Below, piece after piece: positions 1 to 15,209 of a stretch of 64,000 bases of DNA. The first letter of the stretch is position 1, and every line of letters starts with the position of its first letter. The notes beneath the pieces were generated by a model. That model made no database searches and had not been told where the DNA came from. It worked only from the letters and a program-made list of their open reading frames with translations. Where the stretch lies: assembly GCF_009914755.1 (NCBI RefSeq), contig NC_060937.1. One strand, 5' to 3'. The translations under genes were made by a program, and so were the position numbers. The DNA comes from the human T2T-CHM13v2.0 reference genome, Homo sapiens.

Positions 1-191
1 CCACCCAGCGGATCCTTGAGAGATTGATTCTTTGATTTACACTGAGATGCCTCTGACTGATTATATGATGGTCATATCTTCTTCTTCTGCAACTTCTTGC
101 CATCAACTATGTTCCACTTTTTATTTCTGGTTCCAGCAGCATTACTATTCCTGGCCTGATTACAGTAAAAAGATTCTGGAATATCTTAGTT

Positions 192-195
<4 letters not shown>

Positions 196-237
<42 letters not shown>
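196..237. repeat. (AT)n microsatellite abutting an Alu poly(T)
   Basis: Read directly from the sequence. Confidence 0.97.
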
Positions 238-537
<300 letters not shown>

Positions 538-1615
538 TTAGATTTACATTTCTTATGGCAAAATCATTTGCAAGGAAAGTATGAACGCTGACAAACTACC
601 TTAAAGCAACCTTGCATTCACACATGATGTAATTCATTCTTTTTTAAAAAGTCAGCAAAAGTGTATTAAAGTGTTTATGTGCCAGATATAAAAGGCATGG
701 TCGTTGACCTCAATGAGTTTACAGTCTATTGAGAAAAGAAACTTGCAAACAAGTTAGAAAAGTATATTTAACTGCTATGATAAAAGTACAACTTCTATTG
801 GAGGCATAGGCAAATAAATATAAAATCTTCCCAGGGTAATCTGGGATGATACCCCAGAAAAGGGAGGAGTTGAATTCTGTGTAACACCATAAGGATGTGA
901 TGTCAATTAAGTAAGTTATTATTTCCACGTCTGTTCATCTACTTATCTAAGGAAGATACACATATACTACTGTGTGGATGGAAACATTTGCACCTGTTGC
1001 AAGCACTTGCAAATACGAAAGTTTACCTAGTAAGTGTTTATAAATACTAAGCTCAGTTAGAAACCAAGAAAGGGTAATTCCCAGGTCCCAACAATAAAGA
1101 GGCAGCTCATGGTCAGAGTAGAGGAAGAGTTAAGCTAAGCTACTCATAGAGAAATCAGGATACATAGAGACTAGCTGCTGAGACATTAATGCTGATGTGG
1201 GAGTGAGATTCCAAGTGATTGTTCAGTGTGCATGAAACACCCTGGCTGAGAAACCTCCGAAATCCTGACCTCCCATGAATCAGGTATTTCACACAATATG
1301 CCCATCAGCCCAACGATGTCACAAGAAAGATTGCTATTTTAGGCCATGGGTTGAAAAATTACCCACAAGAAATCATGACCTGCAAGCCGTTGCCTGGCCG
1401 AGGTAGAAGCAAACGCATACTACTTCATGGTATAGGAACTCCGAGGTGGCAAATTAACAGTAAAAACTGCACCAAAGTCTGTGAAACTCATAGAACCATT
1501 TAAAAACAGAGAGAAATGACATTGAAGAAGTTATCCCATCACACATGACATAAAGACACTTAAGGAAAACAATACCTGCTAATGACTAGTTTACTAAAAA
1601 AAAAAAAAAAAAAGG

Positions 1616-1905
1616 GGCCGGGCGCGGTGGCTCACGCCTGTAATCCCAGCACTTTGGGAGGCCGAGGCGGGCAGATCACGAGGTCAGGAGATCAAGACCA
1701 TCCTGGCTAACACGGTGAAACCCCATCTCTACGAAAAATACAAAAGAATTAACCAGGTGTGGTGGCAGGCACCTGTAGTTCCAGCTACTCAGGAGGCTGA
1801 GGCAGGAGAATGGCATGAACCCAGGAGGCAGAGCTTGCAGTGAGCCGAGACCACGCCACTGCACTCCAGCCTGGACGACAGAGCAAGACTCCATCTCAAG
1901 AAAAA
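1616..1905 (+). mobile_element. AluY-like
   Basis: ggccgggcgcggtggctcacg start, accatcctggctaacacgg diagnostic. Confidence 0.93.
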
Positions 1906-2385
1906 GGAATTGAACTACCATGGAGAAGAATTAGAATTAGCAGCTGCTACAAATAATCTCCTGGAACTGTTATGTCATAGAGCAAAGCAAAGAGATTTTT
2001 AGAACAAGTATAAATAAAATGCTCAAATGAGGAAAAAAATGAATAGAAATGAGGGAAAAAATGAATAGAAATGTAAGACAAAGACAAGATATTTTGAAAA
2101 ATGGCAGATTTGGGAAATAACAAAATAGAAATTATAGAAATGAGACATGAAGTAATTAAAATAAAATCACTGGCCCCCAGAACTTTGTTTCTCATACCAT
2201 TCTCCAAGGAACCGGGACTTCTTAGAGAAGTGGCTGATCCCAGGGCTGGGCCAGGGAATGGTGAAGATGGGGCTTGGAGCAGCCTAAAGTTCAGGGAAAT
2301 GCTAACCAAAAGAAAGTAGGCATCGCGATATTAATAGCAGACAGAATCAAAATTAGGAAAGAAATAGCATTAATAAGAATCAATG

Positions 2386-2687
<302 letters not shown>

Positions 2688-3135
2688 TCAATGGGAACAC
2701 TACTTGATGATAAAAGGAAATATTTACCAAGTCAGTTTAGCAATGATGACCTTTTATGGTTTAAATAACATAAATAATTTTGAAATAAAATTATTTTCAT
2801 TACTTTTTAAAATGTATGGATGGAATCTAAGAAGCATGGATATTTGATACCCACCATCAAAGAACTGAAAAACATACAAACAAGCTCTTCTTATGGAGTC
2901 AGAAAAGTTTTCTTTTTGTCCTTGACCTAATACTTACAGTTCACTTACCCAAAATTTTTTCCTAATATACACTACTTAGTGATTGACAGTATTTCATTGA
3001 TCACTCTATCCTATTTCTCCACAAGAAATATATTTATATAATTATATATATAATTACTTCTAGTGACTATAGAATTTTTAAAATTTCTTTTGGATAGAGT
3101 CATAATTTAAGGAGAAAACAATTGATCAAAACAGT

Positions 3136-3430
3136 ATAGCTGTAGTCACCCTACAGTGCTATAGCACACTAGAACTTATTCTTCCTATGTAAGTTGTAAT
3201 TTTGTATCTATTAGCCAGCCCCTCCCTATCCTCTCCTCCTCCCATTATTGTATATTTTCAAATAACTAAAGGAGAGAATTTCAGATGTTCCCAACATAAA
3301 GAAATCATAAATGCTTGAAGTGATAAATATGCCAATTACTCTGATTTGATTATTACATATTGTGTATATGTATCAAAATATCACTCTGTACTCCATAAAT
3401 ATGTTCATTTATTACATATCAATTAAAAAT
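3136..3430 (+). mobile_element. Short L1MA 3' end with an inverted 5' segment
   Basis: 3244-3430 resembles the L1MA 3' terminus on +. 3136-3243 resembles the adjacent upstream part on -. Confidence 0.7.
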
Positions 3431-5366
3431 AATTTTTAAAAGTGAAAAAATCAATATATTAAGATTTTTGATAGTAACAAAAAGTAAAATTGTATAAAAC
3501 TACATCTTTTAATGAATGGTTGGAACTTTTTAAAAACTATTTGATAGATCTGCTAATAAATATAGCTTATTAATAGAAGGAGTCAAGATCAGGCATCAAT
3601 ATCTTTCCTGTTTTTTAAGTAGATGTCCCAAGGAGCCTGTTCACATAAGTAAGTAGGTATGAATCAAAAAGTTTTATTTTTTAAAAAGTCACTCTACGTT
3701 CTGAACTCTTCCCTAAATACACACCATTAAAAGTTATTTGTAATGACTATCGGCGACAATTCATTAGGTCTTTCTTCAATTTTTGTTGAAAGTAAAGAAT
3801 TAGAAACTGTGTAACTTGCCAAATGATTACCTCGTAATCACTGTAGTCATTCAATTTGTCAATTCTGTCACCAATTTTTTAATTTTCCCTTGCACATTAC
3901 CCCTGGAAGTATTTCTACCCCAGTGTAATACATTATAATCGATTCAGAATGAATGAGCATGTCTTTTCTTTATAAAGTGGGAGAAGGAGATTGTTAAAAA
4001 GGATCTGGGAAGGGGAACCCCTGCAAGCTCCCAGCCTGGCAGTTCGGGGCAACAGTCCTCTTCTGCCCCTGATGAAGTAACTGGGACTGGATGCACCATC
4101 TCTGGTAACCAGGAGAACACTTGACAAATATATGAAACAACCACTTTCAGACACTGGGTAGCACGAAGTGCAAAACAAGACAGAAACTAATGAGGTGAGC
4201 CCTACACTTGCCCGAGCTCTCTGCCCACAGGCATGTTCAGAATCAGGGCACAGGGAAGGGGAATCCAGTCAGTGCACGGGAACCTCTGGGAGTGGAGGAG
4301 AAAGAGATCCGAGAGTGGGGAGTTGAGGCTAATGGAGTCTGTGGGGCACAGGATCAGAGAAGAGGGCATATGCCAGGAAAGAGCTCCGGAAATCACATAC
4401 AAGTTCCCAGGTACGCACGTATCAGAGGTTTTTCAACTGCTTCCCTATATATGGGCACCTGATTTATTTACAATGCGCTTGTGCAGGTAAATTTTCATAT
4501 TGTTGGAGATATAGCTTCATGATAAATTCCTGGAAGAGGAATCCATGGGTGAAAAAGGTAAATGCACATATTGTTTACTCAGATAATGCCAAATTCCCCT
4601 TTCGGTGACTTTCCCCTCCATTGAGGTATACCAATTTGCACACTAGCATTGTTACAATAAATTCTATTTTCCTTTCCCCATGGCTCCCAACACAATGTGT
4701 TTTAAAATATTTTAAATTTTGCCAATCTGATAGATTAGAAATTATATCTCATTATAGTTTACATTTCTCTTAATATGAGTGAGGTGGAGCAACTTTTCAT
4801 ATGTTTAAAGGCCATTTTTATATTCCTTTCTGTGAATTGTTTGTCTTTTTCTACTTTTTAAAAATACTTTTCCTCTCAATTTTTAAGACTTCTTTAAATA
4901 TTGGGAATATTAGCCCTTCATCCCTTATACATGTTTTAAATAATTTTTCCCAGCTTCAGTTGGTTTTTGACTTATTGTACTTTATGCTGTGCAAACTTTT
5001 TAATGCTTACATACTCATGTTTATTAATCTTTTTTATTGTATCTGGATTTTAAGTTTGAATTTAACATGTTTCTTGCATGGCTTTATCTTTTACAATTAG
5101 ACCTCTGATCCACTTAGAGTTGATTATTGTGTGAGGTATGAGGTATAAGGTGTGAGGTCTAATTCTAATTTTATCTTTTCCAATTGGCCAACCAGATGTG
5201 CCAGCAACTAGATTATTTATTACAAACTCTACTTTTTCCCCTGTGATTTGAAATACAACCTTTACCACCAAATGTCTCTATACACTTGGGGCTGTTCCTG
5301 CAATTGTAATTCTATTGCACCAGTCTCTCCATTCATGAGCCAGTAAGGAGTCTGTTAACTAAATAG

Positions 5367-5680
<314 letters not shown>

Positions 5681-5723
5681 GAGAAGATATTTTAATGTCT
5701 GGTAGGACTAGTTGTGCACACAT

Positions 5724-5788
5724 GCGTGCACGTGCTCACAGGCTTGCACGTGCTCACAGGCGTGCACGTGCTCACACACACACACACA
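5724..5788. repeat. 3 x 18-bp tandem repeat GCKTGCACGTGCTCACAS running into (CA)n
   Basis: Copies start at 5724, 5742 and 5760. Confidence 0.9.
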
Positions 5789-6659
5789 AGACTTTGTACA
5801 TCATTGAACATTAGTCTGCCTATTCTTGGTTATGTATTTTTGCACATGAACTTGAGTATTAACTTGTCGACTTCCAGAAAACTTATTTTGTATTAGGATT
5901 ATATTAAGTTTTTAAATTACCTTAGGGAAAACTGACAACTTACTGTGTTGAGTCATCTACCCAAGAACAGGGGGTGTCTTTCCATTTGTTCAAAGCTACT
6001 TCTATACCTCTCAGGAGCATTGAAAAGTTTTCTTCATATGTGTTTTCCACATTTATTTGTTGCTATTAAAAGGAGGTTTATTACATCATCATTATTCCCT
6101 GTTACTGTTTTAGATATGAAGGCTATTGATTCCTGTGTGTTAATTTTATATCTCACTACCTTACTAAACCTTTTATGGTTTGGATCCATTTGATGATTGA
6201 TTCACTGGGATTTTCCAAGTATACTATCAGATCATTTGCAAATAGGTATAGTTTTACACCTTATTTTCCAAGTATAATATCTCTAATCAATTTCTCTTGG
6301 CTAATTGGATTTCCCAATGTCCTCAATGCAATGTGAGAAAGAAATGGAGATAGTAAGCATCACTGCCTTTTTCCAGTCAAAGTGGAAATGCCTCTGGTAT
6401 TTCTCCATTAACCAAAATGATGTGAATGTGTGTTTTATAAAGAAAGCACATATCAATTTCTATTTTGTGTTGAATGGGTATTGAATTTAGTAAGACAGTC
6501 TTTAGTAATTACAGAGATAGTCATGTATGTCTCTTAGATATATTAATATGGGGTATTACATTAATGGATTTTCTAATACTGAACCAATCTTGCATTCTGA
6601 GAATAAATCCTACTTTGGCCATGAAATATCATACACATAACTCATATTAGTCTGCATTT

Positions 6660-6936
6660 CTTTTTGTTCTTGCTCTGCTGCCTGCCCAGGCTAAAGTGCA
6701 AGAACACGATCTCAGCTTACTGCAGCCTCCAGCTGCAGGGTTCAAGCGATTCTCCCACCTCAGCCTCCAAGTAGCTAGGACTACAGGAATGCACTACAAT
6801 TATTATTATTATTATTATTGTGAGACAGGGTCTTGCTGTGTTGCCCAGTCTGGTCTTGAACTCCCGGCCTCAAGTGATCCTCCCACCTCACCTCCCAAAG
6901 TGCTGGGATTACTGGTGTCAGCCACTGTGCCTGGCT
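6660..6936 (-). mobile_element. AluJ-like
   Basis: Diverged reverse Alu with a (TAT)n central linker. Confidence 0.85.
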
Positions 6937-9344
6937 ATGCTATGATTATAAAGTTTAAGTAACCCTGTTACTCTTGGTTCAATAATTAGGAAGTTTTTCC
7001 TCATTTTCAATGTTCTGGAATAATTTGTGGAGTATTGGGATGTTCTGGTCTCTAAAGGTTTGATAGAATTTTCTCTGGAACCATATGGGCCTGATGAAAT
7101 TTTTAAAGACAGTGTTTTAATATTAATAGTGTATTTCTTCTTTTATGGAAAATTGTGTTTAAGCTTTCTAACTTTAATGGGAGTTGATTTTGGCCAACTG
7201 TATTTCCCTAGGAAATTATTCACTTAATCTAAGTTTTTAACTGTATTTGTGTAGTGGTCTGAAAGTAGTCTCATAGGAATTTTTAAATTCCTGTTGTTTT
7301 CATGGTTTTATACAGCTCATTGATAAAAATCAATGTCTATAAATACAAGTGATCACTGAAGTGATCTAACACTGTTCGCATAATCACATCCTTAGTTCCA
7401 AGTATGTATATTTTATTTGTCACAAGTTAATATCTTAAGTCTTCTTAACTTGAACAATGAAAACAATTTATTCCTTCTGGTAACTGACAACTTATGGTGT
7501 GGCTTATTTTCCTTAATTCTAGCAATTCCAAGAAAAAGGAAAAAAATACAAAATGTCAGAAAAAAAAGTACATATCATCAATTCAACAACTGGAAACAGT
7601 TTCAGGATTGAAAGTTTCATCCAGTAACAGAAGAGCACAGTCAGTGCTCATACAAGAATTCACTGATGACATCTTGGGCTCCTGAGCTATAAAGTGCTGT
7701 TAAATCCAGAATGTGAAATACATTATGTGAAAAGTAATACTCCAAATGTAAATGTATAAGTTGCCCTTTTCAAGAAGGACTTACAAATATATTATATTTA
7801 ATTTTCTTTTAGCTAAACAGAACTTTTTAAGATTTAGTATTTTTTCTTAACAAACAGAAGCTTCTAATTCCTTTTAAGATTAACAAGTAAGATGCAAAAT
7901 ACTAAACAAAGTTACTGAAACAGAGGTCTTAAGGACAAACTGAACATTTATAGTTCACTGACTTCTGCAGTAATTAAAAGTCTGAGACTCCCCTGAAGAC
8001 TGAATTGGGTATGTCATAGATGTTTAATCATAGCCATCTTATCTGAGTGACATTAGTTACTCTATAGTGCAACATAATCTTTCACAAATTTCTGTTCATT
8101 GCAGTGTCATTCCATTCCCTTGTAGACCTCAGATATTAGTAGTCTTTTTTTCTGTGAAGTACAGTCTTGATGAGCTTAGAAGTGTATTTTATATTTTTCG
8201 TGAGTTAAAAAAAGTTATCTTTTTTCAAGACAGAAGTACACTTTACAGAAATAATGAAATCCCAGGAGTGATTTGGATTACTGTGGGATGGTGCCAGCAC
8301 TGGCTGTGGGCAGTACTTAGAACTATGCCCTGTTATGCATCTTTTAGGAGATAGGTTCTACAGAACTGTATGGGTTTTTTTCAAGGTTCTAATGAAAGGT
8401 GATTCAATTCAAAGAAAATATTAGAAGTCAGTACAGATGCATGGGAGAAGAAATATAGGGCAATAATATTAATATCAATGTATCAAATTATATCTGTATT
8501 TAAAAGCATGGATTCCATAAATTCAAGTGAAATACTTTAATTTCAAGGCTCATCATTGTCATAAATCATAAAGAATATCATAAATACATAACTATTAAAA
8601 TGCAGGCATTTATTGTGTAAATACAACTACATATAGACAGTAGTATCTTTGCATAGTTCATTATTAAGCCAAAACACAAGTTTTTATGTACAAAAACATT
8701 CCGTATAGAAGTGAGAAAATAAAAATAAAAACCCACATACGGATCTCTATAAATGTCAACATTACACCTATGTGTAATGTTACATTATGTTGTGGTCAAG
8801 TCTAACAAGAAGTGGATTGCTGAAGATCGTGAATGCTTCACTGGTTAATCATGAATTTATAGACACTGATCTTTCTCTGGAGAGTATTTGGCCAGTATGA
8901 AAGTTAATTTATCCTTGTAGTATTCTATGAAAATAAACTTTCAGGAACTTGGGTGTTTTAGAAACCACTGCTTGGGCACTAAGGAGGGAATGAGTTCTTT
9001 CAAAAACATTTTTGTTTTTGTATTCAGTTCTTTAATCAGACAAGAAGTTATTTTTCATGTGGATGTGAAGTAGGCAAATAATTTTCTTTTGCTTTCTGAG
9101 TGGGAATACCCAGTTGTCTCAAAAGTCAGTCCATTCCTTCTTTATCCGTAATGCTATTTTTGTCATATATAAAGCTATTTTTAATGGGTGCCCTATTCTC
9201 GTCTGTTGTTCTGGCTTTTTTCTTCTTAAACCAGTATCTCCCTAATAGCTGTACAATGCATCTGGTACCTGCTAGGGCAAGTGTCCCCACCATGTCTTCT
9301 TCAGAGTTGTATTGGCTGTTTTTAGACATTTATTTTTCATGTAA

Positions 9345-9634
<290 letters not shown>

Positions 9635-10046
9635 ACTGTTTTTCATGTAAATTTTAAAATCAATTTTTCAGGTTTTTTGAAAAACTCTCCTGGTTTTTTT
9701 TTATTGGAATTACACTGAATTCATGCCTTTATAATCGTGAAGTCTCTTGTCCATAAATATGGTATATCTCTCTATTCACACAGCCTTTTATATGCCCTTT
9801 AATATTTTATGATATTCTCCATTTAGGTTTGGCCCATAATTATTAGAATTCATTACCAGGGTGTTTATAGTTTTTGTTTCTATTGAGAATGGGTTCTTTT
9901 TTCTGTTAAATTTTCAAAGTGATTATTATTGATTTTTTCATGATAGTTTTTAAGCCAGCAACTTTACTGATCATTGTTATTAGTTTACATATATATGTAT
10001 ATAAAAATACATACATATGCCTAGAGAGAGAGAGAGCGAAAGAGGA

Positions 10047-10180
10047 AGATGGGGTCTTGTTATATTGTCCAGGCTGGCCTTGAACTCCTGGGCTCAAATG
10101 ATCCTTCTGCCTCAAATGATCCTTCTGCCTCAGCCTCCCGAGTAGCTGGAACTACAGATGCACACCACCATACCCAGCTT
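10047..10180 (-). mobile_element. Alu monomer (FLAM-like) with an internal 18-bp tandem duplication
   Basis: ctcaaatgatccttctgc occurs twice (10093-10128). Confidence 0.8.
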
Positions 10181-10830
10181 AGTTTTAATATTTTGATTGT
10201 AGAACTCAACTGATTTTTCCATTAAGATGATGATAGTGCCGAAAAAAGAGTCATCCTTTTTATTATTATACTTCTTACTTCTCAGATCCCTGTATTGTTA
10301 CTTTGGCTGGGACAAATGTTGGCTAGAAAGAGTAACGATGGACATCTGTGTTTACTTCCTGACTTTGAGAAATGCTTCTAAATTTTTTAAATGAAATTAT
10401 GTCTGCTATAGGTTTTTGGTAAATATTAATACCTATTATCAAATTAAGAAAGTTCCATTTTGGTCTAAGTACCCACCTCTCCTTTTTCTTTCAAACAGTG
10501 TGTGTAAGAGCAATCAAAGGTTTGGTGTAAACTCACATATGAAATGAAAGAGCCAGTACATTTTGGGGAAGTTGGATTATTTACACTTCCACTTCAATGT
10601 ATTTAATGAAGTTTCTCTTTTCAAGTTTTGTACATCTTCAGGTCCATTTTGGTTGTTTCCTTGCTAGAAATTTTTCCTTGTTACTCATTATGAGCATATA
10701 ATTATTCATAATTATTCATAAATGTTTATGCTAAAAGCATGTTATCTTTTGCTTTAATGCAAGGTTTGTATGTAAGCGGCTACTAGGTCAATCTTGCAAA
10801 TTACATTGTTAACATCTTCTATATACTTAG

Positions 10831-11158
<328 letters not shown>

Positions 11159-13282
11159 TGAATTCTTCCTTTTAATCATAAGTAATGTTACCCTTTTGCC
11201 CTTATTTTGTCTGGTATTACAATTGCTATACCTGGTCCTACTTTCTTTTGCACTGATTTACATTTTCCAAGTGTTTTATTTTCAATATGTTTGCAGCATT
11301 ATGTTTCAGTTGTTTCTCTATGTTTCAAATTTTTTGGTTTGAGATTTTCTTTTAATGGGTTAATTTAGCCCATTTATATTTATTATGGTAACTGGTTTAT
11401 TTGCCACATTTCTATCATTTTGTTTTATTTACCATGCTTTTTCTTTTCATTTTTTCTCCTTTTTCTTTTTTTGTTGGATTAATAAACTTTTCCTCCTCTC
11501 CACCCATATTTCCCCCAATAGTTCTATTTTTATTCTTTCAATGATTGTCTTTTGTTTATATGCACAGACACAAATTAATACTTGTCAACCAAGTCTACAT
11601 CAATACCACCTTCTTCCCAAATAATATTTTTAAAAACTTAGTCACTTCCATCCAAACTTCCCTTTCATTGTGGTTTTATTTCAGCATTGCTTTTATTCAT
11701 CTCCCTGCTTTATTTTTTCAGGCCATATCTATTTAGCTTTACCAGCACATTTTGTAATGTCCACTGCTTCTTCTTGGAAACATTCTTTTCTTCTTATTTA
11801 ATTTCCATAAGTACATTTTTTGGTGAAGATCTATAGATTGTACATTTGTTCCCTGTGTCTGAAATGTCCAGTTTCCTTTATAGTCAAGTGCTGGTTAGGC
11901 TGAGCCAGATTTCTATCTAGGCTGACAATAATTTTACACGAGTATTTTAAAATATATTACTCATTAGTGTACTTTTGATTCTTTAGAGATCATGTGATTT
12001 TCATTCTGAATTCTTTTAAGATTTTATTGTTAATGTTGGCCATCTGCAGTTTCACCACGGTGTCTGGTATGTGTTAGTTTATACTTGAGTATCAGTGAAC
12101 TTCTTCAGTTCTTCAGTTTCAGAAACTCATGTTCTTTTTCAATTTTGGAAAATTATTAGCCATAGTTCTTCATATGTATGTCTTCCTCATTCTCTAGAGG
12201 GTAGAGGTTTTTCACTTGTAGTCTGTGGACCCCATCAAGAGACCTTTTCACTGGGGTGGTAGCGAGCTCCCTCCTTCCCCTTGATAAAGTCACTTTTCTT
12301 CAGCCTTCACCTATAAGGTGTCTGACTACTCCTACAGGACAACTGGCTTGGTGCTCGGCACGTTGGCCTGGGGTAGAGATGAGGGCAAAGTGAGGCTGAC
12401 ATGTGCTACTTATACTGAGGTGTTCGATGAGGAATCAGCCTCTGATCCCAAACACCTCATGTGCGTATTCAGGATAAAATTACTAAAGATGAGTACAAAA
12501 ACCCAACAGTTCCTAAATGATGCAAGGTCACTTTCAACATATTTTCAGTTATCTTTCTATCTAATTTCTCAAATTAGAAAATAGATTTTTTTCATTGAAA
12601 TTATTGTTCTTTCTCCTCTGACCTCCAAACCCCCCACCGTGACCCTTTCTGGACAGATCACTTAGGTCAGCTGACAAGTCCTTTCAACTTTTCTCCTGCC
12701 CAGTTCTCTAATTTGCTGTAAATGTGCATGTTTTCGTTGCTTTTTTGCAACCTTATAGAAGAAGGTGAGCCTCATCGTTTCCAAGGTTGCATCTGCCACC
12801 TATGTCCTTGGTGCCATCCCCTCCCATAATCACCTTCTGTGTCTCTGCGGACTCTAGCTTCTTCTTTGGCTCCAAGTAATCCAGGTGCCTGCAAATGAAA
12901 GAATGACAATTTATTGCATCTGGATTCATTCAGATGTCATATTCATAGAATCCTTTCTAAGAACCTACCAAAGGGAAATTTCTATAAGCTAAAATTCCTC
13001 TTTTAAATACAAAGCTGTGGAAATTCAACACAGTCTCTATGCCAATTTATAAAAACCCACAAGATGCTCAATGCCAGCTTCAAAAAGCCTTTCACATTCT
13101 TTTCCAGAGGAGTAAATCCGGTTGATTTTGGTGTTTTGAAAACTAGAAAGGGACTAAATTTTAAGAATAATTGTACTTGAAGCCATGAAGTAAGATTTTA
13201 AAAACATATTGTTAAATATGGAAGTGTTCACCAGTTTTCATTTTCAATGACATTTTAATAACTGTACTTCTATAAGATACCT

Positions 13283-13530
13283 CAGAAAGGCAAGTACCAC
13301 ATGTTCTCACTTATAGATGGAAACTAAGTGATGTGTACACATGGACGTAGTGTGTGGAATGATAGCCGTAGCAGGTTGGGAGGATCAGGGGGTGAGGGAT
13401 GAGAAATCACTTAATGGGTACAGTGCATGCCATTCGGGCAATGGTTAACTGAAAGCCCAGACTTTGCCTCTATGTAATATATTCATGTAACAAAACGACA
13501 CTTGTACCCCCTAAATCTATACATATTTTT
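13283..13530 (+). mobile_element. L1MA 3' end fragment
   Basis: accacatgttctcacttata...cacttgtaccccctaaatctata. Possible TSD aactgtact at 13260 and 13532. Confidence 0.75.
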
Positions 13531-13888
13531 AAACTGTACTGATAAATATGGAGATTTTCTTTTATATTAAATTGTTTTTCCAAATGTGACATTTGAAAAA
13601 AAAATGGTGTCTCCAAAAACATGTATTAGGTAATACTAGGAAATTTTTAAAGAAATATAAAAATCATGTTCAGTTTAGTCTTAGTGCTGAGTACATGTAT
13701 TAGATTTCAAGTTTTTGAAAATTGGAAATTTTTGTATGGTATGTAAGGTGAGTTACCCATTCTTCAGCCATTGATAATCCTCTGAACTGTTTCCTGAAAA
13801 TAAAAGATTAGGTTTTCTTATCATACTTATATTCATGCTTCCTGGTCTCTCATCCTATTTGTAAAATTTGGGCTTAATAAGAGCCTGA

Positions 13889-14239
<351 letters not shown>

Positions 14240-14501
14240 TTCTCTTTTTTTAAAAATGACATTAATATGACATGAGCAATAACTATTAAGGTCATACATG
14301 TTTGACTGTTCATAGTCTATAAATTCAATTAAAAATGAATATGGGGTAAACTTTGGAAAATTACTGACTTCTATTTATTTTTATTTAAAAAGGAGCACAA
14401 CTTAAAACTCGCCTGCTTTGTAGCAGCTCAGTACCATAGGAAAAATACTACTCCTGCCTTAGCAATCAAGTCACCTTAATTGTATTTTTTATAACACCAA
14501 T

Positions 14502-14951
14502 TATGATGGTTAGTACTGAGTCTCAACTTGATTGGATTGAAGGATTCAAAGTATTGATCCTGGTTGTGTCTGTGAGGGTGTTGGCAAAGGAGATTAACAT
14601 TTGAGTCAGTGGGCTGCGGAAGGCAGACCCACCCTTAACCCCAGTGGGCACAATCTAATCAGCTGCCAGCGAATATAAAGCAGGCAGAAAAATGTGAAAA
14701 GGTGAGACTGGCCTAGCCTCCCAGCCTACATCTTTCTCTATGCTGGACGCTTCCTGCCCTTGAACATCAGACTCTAAGTTCTTCAGTTTTGAGACTTGGA
14801 CTGGCTCTCCTTGCTCCTCAGCTTGCAGACAGCCTATTGTGGGACCTTGTGATCATGTAAGTTAATGCTTAATAAACTCCCCTTTATATATATCTATATC
14901 TATATATCTATATCTGTATCTATATAGCTATATATATAGAGTTTTGAACAG

Positions 14952-14982
<31 letters not shown>

Positions 14983-15156
14983 TTTTGAACTTTGAGAGAT
15001 CTCACAGTTGATTGGTGTATTAGTCAGGGTTCCCTAGAGGGACAGAACTAATAAGATATGGACTTGGAATATCTTACATTGATGGACATCTGTGTTTACT
15101 TCCTGACTTTGAGAAATGCTTCTAAATTTTTTAAATGAAATGATGTCTGCTATAGG

Positions 15157-15209
<53 letters not shown>

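Noticed and set aside
2025-2073. Small tandem duplications (22-mer here; also ~28348, ~49749 and ~57842)
   Set aside because: Ordinary two- or three-copy slippage duplications with no functional cue.
7310-9000. Unique AT-rich stretch resembling a reverse-oriented retrocopied 3'UTR (tttatt near 8609)
   Set aside because: No poly(A) remnant, TSD or recognisable parent gene. It may simply be unique sequence between two L1 fragments. A BLAT search would settle it.
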